A stretch of DNA of 42,762 nt. Source: Gemmatimonadales bacterium. Its GTDB lineage: Bacteria; Gemmatimonadota; Gemmatimonadetes; Gemmatimonadales; GWC2-71-9. The notes beneath the pieces are model-generated. The model saw nothing but the letters and a program-made list of their open reading frames with translations, was not told where the DNA came from and did not search any database. The stretch lies in contig JBDTTA010000003.1 of assembly GCA_039930845.1 (NCBI GenBank), positions 1-42,762 of the forward strand. Reading direction: 5' to 3'. How positions within the stretch are numbered: position 1 is the first letter of the stretch; the number at the start of each line of letters is the position of its first letter. Shown in pieces: positions 8,625 through 19,766 of the stretch. The position numbers and the translations under genes were made by a program.

Positions 8625-8997
8625 GACCTCTCCCACCCCACGGCTTCAAGGCATCCGCGGAGCGACGACGGTCACCAGGAACGACGCCGGCGAGATCCTC
8701 TCCGCGACGGATGAACTCCTCCGGACACTCATCGAGTCGAACGAGCTCGATCCCGACGACATCGTGAGCGGGTTGTTTACCGTCACCCACGATCTCGATG
8801 CCGCGTTTCCCGCGCGAGCGGCGGAAGAGTACGGCTGGAACATCGTCGCCCTCCTTCATGCCACCGAAATTCCCGTTCCCGGCTCCCTCCGGATGTGCAT
8901 CCGGCTGCTGGTGCATGCCTATACCTCCCGCAGCCGCGCGGAAATCAAGCACTGCTATCTGCGCGGGGCCACGGTCCTCCGTCCCGACCGGGCGTGA
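8623..8997 (+). CDS. aroH: Chorismate mutase, AroH class
   Basis: 'GIRGATT', 'FTVTHDLDAAFPA.AA', 'EIPVPGSL.MCIRLL', 'YLRGA..LRPD'. Confidence 0.93.
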   Translation: MTSPTPRLQGIRGATTVTRNDAGEILSATDELLRTLIESNELDPDDIVSGLFTVTHDLDAAFPARAAEEYGWNIVALLHATEIPVPGSLRMCIRLLVHAYTSRSRAEIKHCYLRGATVLRPDRA

Positions 8998-10151
8998 CCG
9001 CCGTCCGGGTCACCGCTCGCGGCGCCGAGCGCTGGGTCCGGGGCCATCCCTGGATCTACCGCAGCGAGGTGCTGGACCAGCCACCTGCCGCCGGTCTCGT
9101 GGAAGTGCACGACCCGCGCGGGAGATTCATCGGTCAGGCGCTCTACTCACCCTCCTCTGAAATTCAGCTCCGGCTGCTGGAGCGGAGCGACCGCCCCGTG
9201 GATGGCACCTGGTGGCGGGAGCAATTCGCCGCGGCGGCCGCGCGGAGATCCGGAATCGATGCCGATGCCTTCCGGCTGGTACACGGCGAAGGCGATGGAC
9301 TTCCCTCACTTGTGGTGGACCGTTACGACCGCTGGATCGTGGTACAGCTCCTCTCGTCCGGCCTGGAGACCTTTCGGGAGACGCTGCTCGCGGCGCTCAT
9401 CGAAGTCTTCGCGCCCGACGGCATCCTGCTCCGGAACGATGTCGCCGTCCGCAAACGGGAGGGACTCAGTGTCACACCGGAGCTCGGGCACGGGGCCGTG
9501 CCTGAACGGATCCAGGTGAGAGAGGGCGGCATTCGTTATCTCGCGGACCCCTGGGGCGGCCAGAAGACCGGCGCCTTTCTCGATCAGCGGGAGAACCGGC
9601 TGCTCGCAGGCAGGCTCACGCCGGCCGGGGGTCGAGCGCTCGATTGCTTCGCCTATCACGGCTCGTTCGCCCTGCACCTGGCGGGCCGCGCCGCGGCGGT
9701 GCTGGCCCTCGACTCGAGCCAGGAGGCGCTCGCACGGGTCGCGGCCAACGCGGCGCTCAACGACCTCGACAACATCGAGTGGCGTGAGGCCGACGCGTTC
9801 GAGACGCTTCGCGCCTTTGCCCGCACACGCGAGCAGTTCGACACCATCGTGCTCGATCCGCCGGCCTTCGCCAAATCGCGGAGCGCAGTGGCCGGGGCCA
9901 TGCGCGGCTATCACGAGATCAATCTCCGCGCGATGCGCTGCCTGGCCCCCGGCGGGATGCTGCTCACGGCATCGTGCTCCTTTCATGTCCACCTGCCGGA
10001 GTTCCTCGCGATGCTCGCTGCCGCCGCCGCCGACAGCGGGCGCCGGATGGTGCTCCGCCGGATTCTCGGTCAGGCGCACGATCATCCCGAGGTGCTGACG
10101 ATTCCCGAGACCGGGTACCTCAAGGGTGCGGTTCTGCAGGCGGCCCAGTGA
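8994..10151 (+). CDS. rlmI: RlmI-family SAM-dependent rRNA m5C methyltransferase
   Basis: PUA-like 'GHPWIY', 'GEGDGLPSLVVDRY', 'GQKTGAFLDQRENR', 'LDPPAF', 'SCS', 'PETGYLKG'; GTGA overlap with aroH. Confidence 0.88.
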   Translation: MTAVRVTARGAERWVRGHPWIYRSEVLDQPPAAGLVEVHDPRGRFIGQALYSPSSEIQLRLLERSDRPVDGTWWREQFAAAAARRSGIDADAFRLVHGEGDGLPSLVVDRYDRWIVVQLLSSGLETFRETLLAALIEVFAPDGILLRNDVAVRKREGLSVTPELGHGAVPERIQVREGGIRYLADPWGGQKTGAFLDQRENRLLAGRLTPAGGRALDCFAYHGSFALHLAGRAAAVLALDSSQEALARVAANAALNDLDNIEWREADAFETLRAFARTREQFDTIVLDPPAFAKSRSAVAGAMRGYHEINLRAMRCLAPGGMLLTASCSFHVHLPEFLAMLAAAAADSGRRMVLRRILGQAHDHPEVLTIPETGYLKGAVLQAAQ

Positions 10152-10248
10152 CGCTTTCCGTCTTACCGCCCTTTCTTCGCGTTGACACTGCCCTACGCAT
10201 TTGTGAACTTCCCCTGATGCCGTTCTCCCCCAAAATCGCCGAGTTGCC

Positions 10249-11103
10249 ATGTTGAGCGCCGCGGAAATCCGCGGCACCCGGGATGGGCATCGGTCACCGT
10301 ACTCGGACAAGCAGCACTACCAGGAGTACATCCTTCAGCGCATCGAGGGCTACAAGAACTCGATCGGACGGGACGAGCTGCTCCGCCTCGGGGATGAGGC
10401 GGCGGCCGAGCTGCAGAGCGCGGCGGAGGGCCAGTTCCTCCTCACCGAAGTGCTCATGCTCGAGTCGGTCGACCGTCTGATCATGAAGCGGCTGGCCCTC
10501 CGGCCGTACAACAGATGGAGACGGCAGTTCCTCAAGCTGCGCGAGGCCCAGCGCACACCGAGTCACTGGGGACTCGAGGCCGCCTGCCCCGTCGCGCGGC
10601 TGATCCCGCGCCTCGAGCCCAGGGACGTCACGCTCCTGCTCGGGAGCGGTGCGGAGCCGTGCGCCTACCTGCTCGCGGCCCATGACGCGGCCGTCACCTT
10701 CATCGCCGGTGACATGGGCGCAGTGGAGCGGGTCGAATCGCGGATGGCGGCCGAAGCACTGGGCAGCATGTTCGACGGCTTCGTCGCCCAGCTCGGCCCG
10801 GGTCTCCCCGATTTTCTCTGCTTTATCGGCGGACTCGACCTCGTGGTGCTCGATCCGGGGGTGCTGACGGGCCTCAAGGCCGCCACCCGCGCGGCGGTCC
10901 TGCACGATCTCCAGCGGCGCAGCCGTCCAGGTGCGGTGCACGTCCTGCTTCCCACCTGCAAGTCGCTCGCGCCTGAAACACTGCTTGGCGCGTACGACGG
11001 GTGGACGCTCGAAGATCCCAGGCCTCGCCGGCGATCGGGCACCGTGCGCATGCGCGAGGGCCTTCTCCTCACGTCGCCCACGTGTCCGCCGGACACGATG
11101 TGA
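10249..11103 (+). CDS. Hypothetical protein: N-terminal helical domain plus class I methyltransferase-like fold
   Basis: Coding-like bias; 'TLLLGSG', 'LDLVVLD' and 'RPGAVHVL' resemble MTase motifs; TTGACA at 10182. Confidence 0.7.
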   Translation: MLSAAEIRGTRDGHRSPYSDKQHYQEYILQRIEGYKNSIGRDELLRLGDEAAAELQSAAEGQFLLTEVLMLESVDRLIMKRLALRPYNRWRRQFLKLREAQRTPSHWGLEAACPVARLIPRLEPRDVTLLLGSGAEPCAYLLAAHDAAVTFIAGDMGAVERVESRMAAEALGSMFDGFVAQLGPGLPDFLCFIGGLDLVVLDPGVLTGLKAATRAAVLHDLQRRSRPGAVHVLLPTCKSLAPETLLGAYDGWTLEDPRPRRRSGTVRMREGLLLTSPTCPPDTM

Positions 11104-11257
11104 GCCGGGGGCGTCGTGTCGAAGGGACACGAAGGGGCTCGATGCTGGAATAGAAGCTCTTGCGGCCGTTGGACTTCGGCGCTCGGTTGCCGGGGCATGA
11201 GGGGTGCGATCCTTCCGGGGAGGACTCGTTGTCTTCTCGAAGCAAAGGATCGATCCC

Positions 11258-11425
11258 GTGACCACGCTCCCACTCGTGCCTTCCGACTCAGCCCACGGCA
11301 TCGTCATCAAGAGTGGCGGTCCCGCCCCGAAACCCGCCCGTTTCTGGGCGTATGTCTGGGCCGCGGACGAAGAGTCCGCCGACGACCACTGGCACCAGCG
11401 AGTCCCGACCGAACACGCGGCGTAA
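11258..11425 (+). CDS. Putative small protein, 55 aa
   Basis: AAAGGA SD upstream of GTG; MTTLPLVPSDSAHGIVIKSGGPAPKPARFWAYVWAADEESADDHWHQRVPTEHAA; followed by a terminator-like hairpin. Confidence 0.55.
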   Translation: MTTLPLVPSDSAHGIVIKSGGPAPKPARFWAYVWAADEESADDHWHQRVPTEHAA

Positions 11426-11448
11426 CCCGGCACGGGTACGGCGGGACA

Positions 11449-11486
11449 AAACGCCCTCGGATTCCGGTCCGGGGGTGTTTGTATTT
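11449..11486 (+). terminator. Intrinsic terminator-like hairpin
   Basis: AAACGCCCTCGGA-ttccgg-TCCGGGGGTGTTT, a 13-bp stem with 2 G-U pairs, followed by GTATTT. Confidence 0.65.
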
Positions 11487-11523
11487 GCGGTTATATTGCC
11501 CCCCGACCTTTTCCCGAGCGACG

Positions 11524-12564
11524 ATGCGCGCACTCGTGAAGGAGACCGCCGGGCCCGGCATGGTGGTCCGGGACCGGCCCACTCCCTCCTGCGGCCCTAC
11601 TGACGTTCTGATCCGCGTACAATACGCCGGTGTCTGCGGTACCGATCTTCACATCTGGGAATGGGACAGCTGGGCCAGCGCGCGGCTTCGCCCGCCCGTG
11701 ATCGTCGGACACGAATTCGCCGGCGTGATCGTCGAGGTCGGGCGCGACGCGGAGCACGAAGGACTGCTCGCGGTGGGCGACGAGGTCACGGCGGAGGGAC
11801 ACATCGTCTGCGGACACTGCCTGCAGTGCCGCCTGGGTGCCGCCCACCTCTGCCAGCGCACCCGGATCATCGGGGTGGACCGCGACGGGGCCTTTGCCGA
11901 CTATATCTCGATGCCCGCGTCCAACGTGATGAAGCTCGATGGGATCCCCACCGAAATCGGCGCCATCATGGATCCGCTCGGCAACGCCGTTCACACCGTC
12001 CTCGAATCCACCGTACCCGGCAGCACTGTCCTCGTGCTCGGCTGCGGCCCCATCGGCTGCTTTGCCGTGGGCGTCGCGCGGGCGGCGGGCGCATCGCTCG
12101 TCATCGCCAGCGACTTCAACTTGCGCCGGCTCGAGCTGGCCCGCGCGATGGGCGCCCACGTCACGGTGAATCCCGGCACGGACGACGTGCCCGCCCGGAT
12201 CCTCGAGCTGACGGGCGGAGATGGTGTAGACCTGGTCTGCGAGATGAGCGGACACCCCAGTGGGCACGCGCAAGCATTTTCCGCCGCGCGGCTCGGCGGA
12301 CGGGTCAACCTCCTCGGTACGCCAAGCCGCACCACGGAAGTGGACTTTGCCCGGGACGTGATCTTCAAGGGCCTGACCCTCTACGGGGTGACCGGCAGGA
12401 AGATGTACGAGACCTGGCACGAAATGCGGCGATTCCTCCGCGCCGGCCAGCTCGATCCACGGCCGGTCATCACGCACCGCTTCCCACTCGAGGAGATCGC
12501 CGAGGCGATCCAGGTCATCAAGGACGGCGACGCAGGCAAGGTGATACTGGAGATCGACGGATGA
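11524..12564 (+). CDS. tdh: L-threonine 3-dehydrogenase
   Basis: 'CGTDLHI.EWD.W', 'GHEF', 'EGHIVCGHC..C.....HLC', 'DPLGNAVHT', 'GCGPIG'; coupled to kbl. Confidence 0.96.
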   Translation: MRALVKETAGPGMVVRDRPTPSCGPTDVLIRVQYAGVCGTDLHIWEWDSWASARLRPPVIVGHEFAGVIVEVGRDAEHEGLLAVGDEVTAEGHIVCGHCLQCRLGAAHLCQRTRIIGVDRDGAFADYISMPASNVMKLDGIPTEIGAIMDPLGNAVHTVLESTVPGSTVLVLGCGPIGCFAVGVARAAGASLVIASDFNLRRLELARAMGAHVTVNPGTDDVPARILELTGGDGVDLVCEMSGHPSGHAQAFSAARLGGRVNLLGTPSRTTEVDFARDVIFKGLTLYGVTGRKMYETWHEMRRFLRAGQLDPRPVITHRFPLEEIAEAIQVIKDGDAGKVILEIDG

Positions 12565-13760
12565 GGGAGACTCTTGAACATCGGATCGAAGCCGAGCTCG
12601 AAGGATTCATCCGGGACGGCGTCTACAAGCGGCTCAAGTTTCTCGACGGCCCGCAGGGGCCCCGGGTGCGGATGGAGGAGCACGGCGACGTCATCATTCT
12701 CTCGTCGAACAATTACCTCGGCCTGAGCAACGAGCCGGCCGTCGTCGAGGCCGGACGCAGGGCGCTCGATCGCTTCGGCGCCGGGACCGCTTCCGTCCGG
12801 TTCATCTGCGGCACCTTCACCGTGCACCGGGAGCTCGAGGCCGCCTGCGCGCGGCTGGTGGGCACTCCCGCCTCACTCAGCTTCATGAGCTGCTGGAACG
12901 CCAACGAGGCGGTGCCGGGCACCCTGCTCGGCGAGCAGGACATCATCATCAGCGATCAGCTCAACCATGCATCGATCATCGACGGGATCCGGCTGGCCAA
13001 GGCCATCACCAAGTGCCAGACCGGCGTCTACCGCCACGCGGACATGTCCGACCTCGACGCGAAGCTCACCGCGGCCCGCGATCGGCGGGTGCGGATGGTG
13101 ATCACCGACGGCGTCTTTTCGATGGAAGGCGCCATCGCACCGCTTCCCGATCTGCTCGAGGTGTGCCGCCGGCACGACGCCGTCCTCGTGGTGGACGATT
13201 CGCATGGCACCGGCGTGCTGGGCGAGCACGGGAAGGGCACCGCCGAGCACTTCGGCATGCTCGGCGAAATCGACATCATCACCTCGACGCTCGGCAAGGC
13301 GCTGGGCGGTGCGGCGGGCGGCTTCGCCGCCACCTCCGCCGCGGTGTGCGATTACCTCACGCAGCGGGCGCGCCCGCAGCTCTTCTCGAATGCCCTGCCA
13401 CCCACCGTCGCCGCCAGCGCGCTCGCCAGCGTGGAATTTCTCGAGGCGCATCCGGAGCGCGTCGCGGGGTTGCGCGACAACTCCCGCTACTTCCGCGAGC
13501 GTCTGCTCGAGCTCGGCTTCAAGCCGCTGCCCGGCGAAACCCCCATCATCCCGGTGATCCTCGGCGAGACCTCTGCCGCCATCCAGATGAGCGACCTCCT
13601 GCTGGCCGAGGGTGTCTTCGTCACCGGCTTCGGATTTCCGGTCGTGCCCCAGGGACAGGCGCGCGTGCGGTGCCAGGTCTCCGCAGCGCACACGCGCGAT
13701 GATCTCGACGAGGCACTGCGCGCGTTTCGAAAGGTCGGGATGAAGTTGCGATTGATTTAA
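12561..13760 (+). CDS. kbl: Glycine C-acetyltransferase (2-amino-3-ketobutyrate CoA ligase)
   Basis: 'SNNYLGL', 'ASVRFICGT', 'LNHASIIDGIRL', 'TDGVFSMEG', 'DDSH', 'STLGKALGGA', 'RARPQLFSN'; ATGA overlap with tdh. Confidence 0.95.
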   Translation: MRETLEHRIEAELEGFIRDGVYKRLKFLDGPQGPRVRMEEHGDVIILSSNNYLGLSNEPAVVEAGRRALDRFGAGTASVRFICGTFTVHRELEAACARLVGTPASLSFMSCWNANEAVPGTLLGEQDIIISDQLNHASIIDGIRLAKAITKCQTGVYRHADMSDLDAKLTAARDRRVRMVITDGVFSMEGAIAPLPDLLEVCRRHDAVLVVDDSHGTGVLGEHGKGTAEHFGMLGEIDIITSTLGKALGGAAGGFAATSAAVCDYLTQRARPQLFSNALPPTVAASALASVEFLEAHPERVAGLRDNSRYFRERLLELGFKPLPGETPIIPVILGETSAAIQMSDLLLAEGVFVTGFGFPVVPQGQARVRCQVSAAHTRDDLDEALRAFRKVGMKLRLI

Positions 13761-14007
13761 GAGCGTTCCCCTTTCCCCCTTCTCGCCCGCTTGGCCCCCC
13801 TCTTGCACCCCCACCCCCTCCAGCGGGATGGGAAGTCTCGGCGAACCACTTCGTAAGCAGCGCTGCCACAGGCAGATAGCCGGGTTACCGCTCCCCCTTC
13901 CCTTCCGCGAATTCCGCTAGAAACCCGCATTTTGACGTACCGTGCCGATCGGGGACGGTAGACGCCAGGGTCCTCCTGGCGCGGACACCTTACGGAGGCA
14001 GTCTGTG

Positions 14008-14685
14008 ATGCGCATGGTCATCCGAAGCATTCCGGCCGCGGCGCTGGCGCTCTGCCTGGGCACGGCCCACCTCGCGGCTCAACAGCCGGGCAATGGCAAC
14101 TTCCAGTGGTACATTGGCGGCCAGGGCGGCGCGATGTTCTTCAAGACGCCCACCCAGGGTCGCTCCGCGATTCCGACGTTCGGAGGCCAGGCCCTCATCG
14201 TGGCCAAGCGCACCGGGCTGATGCTCTCGTTCGAGGAGGGTGTCGGGTCGAACGAGACCAGCTCCTACTCCGATGCTGGCGGCGTCCAGGGAGTGACCTT
14301 CAACGACATCCGGAAGTACTCCGCGATGCTGATGGCGTTCCCGATCAAGTCCGCCGCACAGCCCTACCTTGGCGTCGGCTACGGCATCATCCACGTCGTG
14401 AATCCGACTCCGACGACCGGAGGCTTCGCGGACGTGGCGAACGAGCTCGGCTCGGCCGGATTCGGGACCTTCGTGGGCGGACTGCAGTTCCAGGTCGGAC
14501 GCCTGATGGCCTTCGGCCAGTATCAGATCACCACCAGTCCCTCGACCCACGTGGTGACGGATGGCAACAACACCGTCATCGCGGTCGGCCGGCTGCTCGA
14601 GGGACCGACCCACAGTTTCATGGGCGGTCTCCGCATCGGGCTCGGCAGCGCCAAGGACGGTGTTCGGAGCGCCGGCGGCTACTGA
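14008..14685 (+). CDS. Secreted outer-membrane beta-barrel-like protein
   Basis: GGAGG SD; signal peptide ending AHLAA|Q; amphipathic strands 'WYIGGQGG', 'QPYLGVGYG', 'AFGQYQ', 'GGLRIG'. Confidence 0.75.
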   Translation: MRMVIRSIPAAALALCLGTAHLAAQQPGNGNFQWYIGGQGGAMFFKTPTQGRSAIPTFGGQALIVAKRTGLMLSFEEGVGSNETSSYSDAGGVQGVTFNDIRKYSAMLMAFPIKSAAQPYLGVGYGIIHVVNPTPTTGGFADVANELGSAGFGTFVGGLQFQVGRLMAFGQYQITTSPSTHVVTDGNNTVIAVGRLLEGPTHSFMGGLRIGLGSAKDGVRSAGGY

Positions 14686-15305
14686 CCCGCTGACGACACC
14701 CGCCGAGGCCCCCGGGAGACCCAGGGAGAATCGGCAACCAGAAACCTGAGCGGCCAGTCTGCCGCCTTCGTGATCCCGATGCGCGGCGTCACCCCGACCA
14801 GGGGTGGCGCCGCGCCTTTTTGAGCGACGACGACGAGTCCCGACGTCCGCATCACCGCCCCGTCCACTTCTCGCGAGATACCCAGCGCCTGGCAGAGCTT
14901 ACCAGGGCCCGAACAGAGAAGTCTGTCGGTCACTGTCCCGCGGCGGCCGCGCATCGTCTCGAGGCCGTCCAGCGGCGCCAGCGCACGCAACAGGACGGCG
15001 GATGCCTCCCCTTCGACATCACAGACGAGATTGGCGCACCAGTGAATGCCGTAGGAGAGATAGACGTACCACGACCCCGCCGGACCGTAGAGCGCGGCGT
15101 TTCCTTCGTTGCGCCGGTAGAGATAGCCGTGCGAGGCGGGGTCGCGGTGCCCCAGGTAGGCTTCGGTCTCGACGATCACACCCGAGGTCATCCGGCCACC
15201 GAGCGATGAGACGAGGGTCGCGCCGAGCAGCTCGCGCGCGACAATCTCCGCGGAACGTTTGAAAAAGGAGACGGGCAGCGTGGCTGCCCGTCTGGTACCG
15301 CTCAC
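14679..15305 (-). CDS. mpg: DNA-3-methyladenine glycosylase (MPG/AAG family)
   Basis: 'VARELLG', 'IVETEAY', 'DPASH', 'YVYLSYGIHWCAN', 'AVLLRAL', 'GPGKLCQALGI', 'PRIGI'. Confidence 0.95.
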   Translation of the reverse strand: MSGTRRAATLPVSFFKRSAEIVARELLGATLVSSLGGRMTSGVIVETEAYLGHRDPASHGYLYRRNEGNAALYGPAGSWYVYLSYGIHWCANLVCDVEGEASAVLLRALAPLDGLETMRGRRGTVTDRLLCSGPGKLCQALGISREVDGAVMRTSGLVVVAQKGAAPPLVGVTPRIGITKAADWPLRFLVADSPWVSRGPRRVSSAGQ

Positions 15306-16906
15306 TCCGCCTTCTTCCGCGGTCGGGCTCGCGGACGCTTGGGCGGGGATGGTTCGACATCGGGTGGGGCGGGTGCCTCGGCGACCGCCGTCTTGGCCGC
15401 CGCCCTCTTGCGCGGGGCGCGGCGGGGACGTGCGGGCTTTTTCGTGTCCGCGGGTGATGCCGCTGATTCCACGGATTCAGCCTCCGCCTGCGGCGAAGGC
15501 GCCGGAGTGTCCACCTCGACAACGCCGATGAGCGGTACGTCGCCGGCCCGGAGCGTCGAACGGGAGCCACGGCGGAACCGTACGCCGAACCGCTTGCCAT
15601 TTTCGGGCGCCGGCTCCGCGCGCGCGGGCGCCGCCCTGGTAGCGGGCGGAGCGGCGGACTCGGACCCCGCGGGCGAAGTCGGCGCGGCGGCAGGCGCGCT
15701 CTGACTCTTTGCCGGGGACGCGGCGCCGGTGCGATGGGGCGAGATCTCGTACTCATCCTCTCCCACCGTCCGCACATCGGCCACCTCGGCGTCATTCGCC
15801 TGACGGAGCAGCCGGGCAAAGCGTGCGGCCTCGAGTAACTCATCTTCCCGGCCGTGAATGGCGGCCATGCGAAGCCGAAGTGCCTCGTGTCCCACTGGCG
15901 GGCGCAGCTCACCGAGCGCCTGCGACATGAGCTGGAACGCGCGGGCGAGAGAGAGTGCGCCGTCGGTCCGCGGCTCCCGCGCCGGCGGCCGTGCCTGGCC
16001 GTTCTCACGGCCCGCTTCGGAGGAGCGCTCCCGATCGCGCCCGCGTCCCCCCCGGCGCGAGCGTCCCCGCCTGGCGCCCTCCTCACGCTTCGGCTCCTCG
16101 GCGGGCGCCGCTGAAACCGCGGCGGTACCGGTGACAAGGCCCGGCGCGGGCGCGACTTCGTACTGCCCGTTTTCCAGCTTGCTGACGAGCAGCATCCCCT
16201 TCTGTCCCGCCTCGACGACGAACTTGCTGAAGCGGTTGAAGCCGGCGTTCCGTTCGTCGAAGTTCGGATCGATCTGCTGCATGACCTGCTTCAGCCGGTC
16301 GGAACGCATGACGTCCCCGTTCCGCGTCATCTGCGCCACGGCCTCGCTCGCGAGCTGCCAGGGATCGCGCTGCGCGGAGGGAGCGTCAACCTCCTTGGTG
16401 AGCCCGGCGAGGTCGTTGTACGAGTAGTACTCGTCGCAGTTCTGGATCAGGAGATCGCTGGCGGACTCGCGAATGCCGACGCCCACGACGTACTTCCCGT
16501 ATTCCTTGAGCTTGATGACCATCGTCGAGAAATCGCTGTCGCCCGACAGCAGGATGAAGGTCCCGATCTCGGGTCGGGTGAAGACCAGCTCGATCGCGTC
16601 GATGGCCAGGCGAATGTCGGTGGCGTTCTTCTTGTTGGTGCCGAAGGCGGGGGCGAAGATCAGGTCGATCGAGGACTCGGACAGCGGCACGATGTACTGC
16701 GGGTACCTTCTCCAATCAGCATACGCCCGTTGAACAGCGACTTTGCCCTTGATGATATCGCTGTTGAGGAGGGTCCTGAGTTCCTTGGTGAGATCCTTCT
16801 GGACACCGAGGGTGACGTTGTCGAAGTCGATCAGGAGGGCGGCGTTGGGGGCGTGGACTGGGGGCTGGCTCAAATGCCGCCCCGGGCGGATCAGCGTCTT
16901 GTTCAC
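15302..16906 (-). CDS. NYN (PIN-like) domain protein with OST-HTH/LOTUS domain(s) and disordered tails
   Basis: 'LIDFDNV', 'RAYADW', 'KNATDIRLAIDA', 'SGDSDF', 'CDEY'; LOTUS-like 'DPNFDERNAGFNRFSKFV'. Confidence 0.88.
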   Translation of the reverse strand: MNKTLIRPGRHLSQPPVHAPNAALLIDFDNVTLGVQKDLTKELRTLLNSDIIKGKVAVQRAYADWRRYPQYIVPLSESSIDLIFAPAFGTNKKNATDIRLAIDAIELVFTRPEIGTFILLSGDSDFSTMVIKLKEYGKYVVGVGIRESASDLLIQNCDEYYSYNDLAGLTKEVDAPSAQRDPWQLASEAVAQMTRNGDVMRSDRLKQVMQQIDPNFDERNAGFNRFSKFVVEAGQKGMLLVSKLENGQYEVAPAPGLVTGTAAVSAAPAEEPKREEGARRGRSRRGGRGRDRERSSEAGRENGQARPPAREPRTDGALSLARAFQLMSQALGELRPPVGHEALRLRMAAIHGREDELLEAARFARLLRQANDAEVADVRTVGEDEYEISPHRTGAASPAKSQSAPAAAPTSPAGSESAAPPATRAAPARAEPAPENGKRFGVRFRRGSRSTLRAGDVPLIGVVEVDTPAPSPQAEAESVESAASPADTKKPARPRRAPRKRAAAKTAVAEAPAPPDVEPSPPKRPRARPRKKAE

Positions 16907-17043
16907 GGGTCGCTCGTCTGGAAGATCAGATGCATTGTGCCCATCCCGCGCTCCTGCCGACCGGGACCGGTGGTCTCAGGAACGTCGGCGACGCGCACGA
17001 AGCGGCTGCCGGATGCCATCAAGGCGACCGCTCAGGATCACCC

Positions 17044-17064
17044 GCCGGGCCACCGAGGCCCGGC
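17044..17064 (-). terminator. GC-rich hairpin just downstream of the kinase gene
   Basis: GCCGGGCC-N5-GGCCCGGC, perfect 8-bp stem; no U-tract. Confidence 0.35.
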
Positions 17065-17079
17065 TCCGATAGCGGAAAA

Positions 17080-18245
17080 CTAGCCGAACTGGGGCTGCCC
17101 GGCCAGCGGCAGGTCGAGAATGAAGAAGAACCGGGTCCCCTCTCCCGATTCCGTCTCCACGTCGAGCGCGGAGCCCATGGCCTCGACCAGCTTGCGGCAT
17201 ATCGAGAGTCCGAGCCCCGACCCCGAGAACGCGTATTCGTCCGGCTTCTGCCGCCGCCGGAACGGCTCATACAGCGTGGCCATGGACTGCGGCGGAATGC
17301 CACGACCGGTGTCCCGCACCGAAAACTCGACCCCCCGCTCCGACGCCTGACGCGCGGTCACCTCGACGAAGCCTTCCGCCGTGAACTTCAGCGCGTTCGT
17401 GGTGAGGTTGAGCAGCACGCGGCTCAGCGCCACGGGGTGACCGACCCGGAAGTCGGCCTCGGGCGTGGCGAGCCGGACGGTGAGGCCCTTCTCTTCGGCG
17501 ATCGGCTGGACGATGTCGCGCACCGACTCGAGGATGTCGGTCACCGAAAACGGAATCGGATCGAGATCGACGAGACGGTCGCCGCCGCGGGCAAGCTCGA
17601 TGACGTCGCTGGCCACCGAGCTCAGCCCGAACGCCGCGCTGTAGACGAGGCCGAGCTGCCGCTCCTGGATCTCGTTGACGGGACCGCTGCGGCCGCGCTG
17701 GAGCGTCTCGGCGAGGAAGAGAATCGAGGTAAGGGGCGACCGCAGATCGTGCGCGACTTCAACCACCAGCTCGAGCCCGTCGGGACTGGACAGCCGGTCG
17801 GCAAAGTGCTGGGACCAGTCCGCCTCGAGCCGTTCGCCGACGTCCTCGATGGCGCCGAGGAGACGGAGCAAGTGAGCGGGGTCGGGAGGAGGGAGGGCCT
17901 GCACCCGCTTCACGAAGGCGGAGCGCATGAGGCCGAGCAGACGGCGGGCCAGGGCGTTGCGCGGCAGCACGCCGAGATCGACCACCACGCCACTGGCCCG
18001 CTCGCGGATGACGGTGGAAAGCTGGGCAAGGTGGGCGGTGACTTCTTCCCCGCTGGAGGCGTGCTCGAGCGCGTCTTCCCACTGGGCCTGCGCGGCATGG
18101 ACCGCGTCTTTCAGCGCATCCCACAAGAAAGGAGGGATGCTGCCGCCGGACGGCCCGTCCGGGTCCCAGATCCGGGCCAGCGAGGAACCCGCCAGATGGC
18201 GCCGGCGATCTCCGCTGGCGGTACCCGAAAGGGCGGGCTCCGATC

Positions 18246-18249
<4 letters not shown>
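17080..18249 (-). CDS. Soluble sensor histidine kinase (HisKA + HATPase)
   Basis: 'AHDLRSPL', 'NLTTNALKFT', 'DTGRGI', 'GSGLGLSI'; no obvious TM segment; GTGA overlap with the upstream regulator. Confidence 0.92.

Positions 18250-19766
<1,517 letters not shown>

Noticed and set aside
11104-11523. Glycine riboswitch, tmRNA or 6S RNA upstream of tdh-kbl
   Set aside because: I could not find the glycine aptamer motifs, tRNA-like ends or a long central-bubble duplex; an Rfam scan would be needed to exclude these fully
11116-11523. Long N-terminal extension of Tdh
   Set aside because: It crosses a terminator hairpin; Tdh-like sequence begins at MRALVK (11524)
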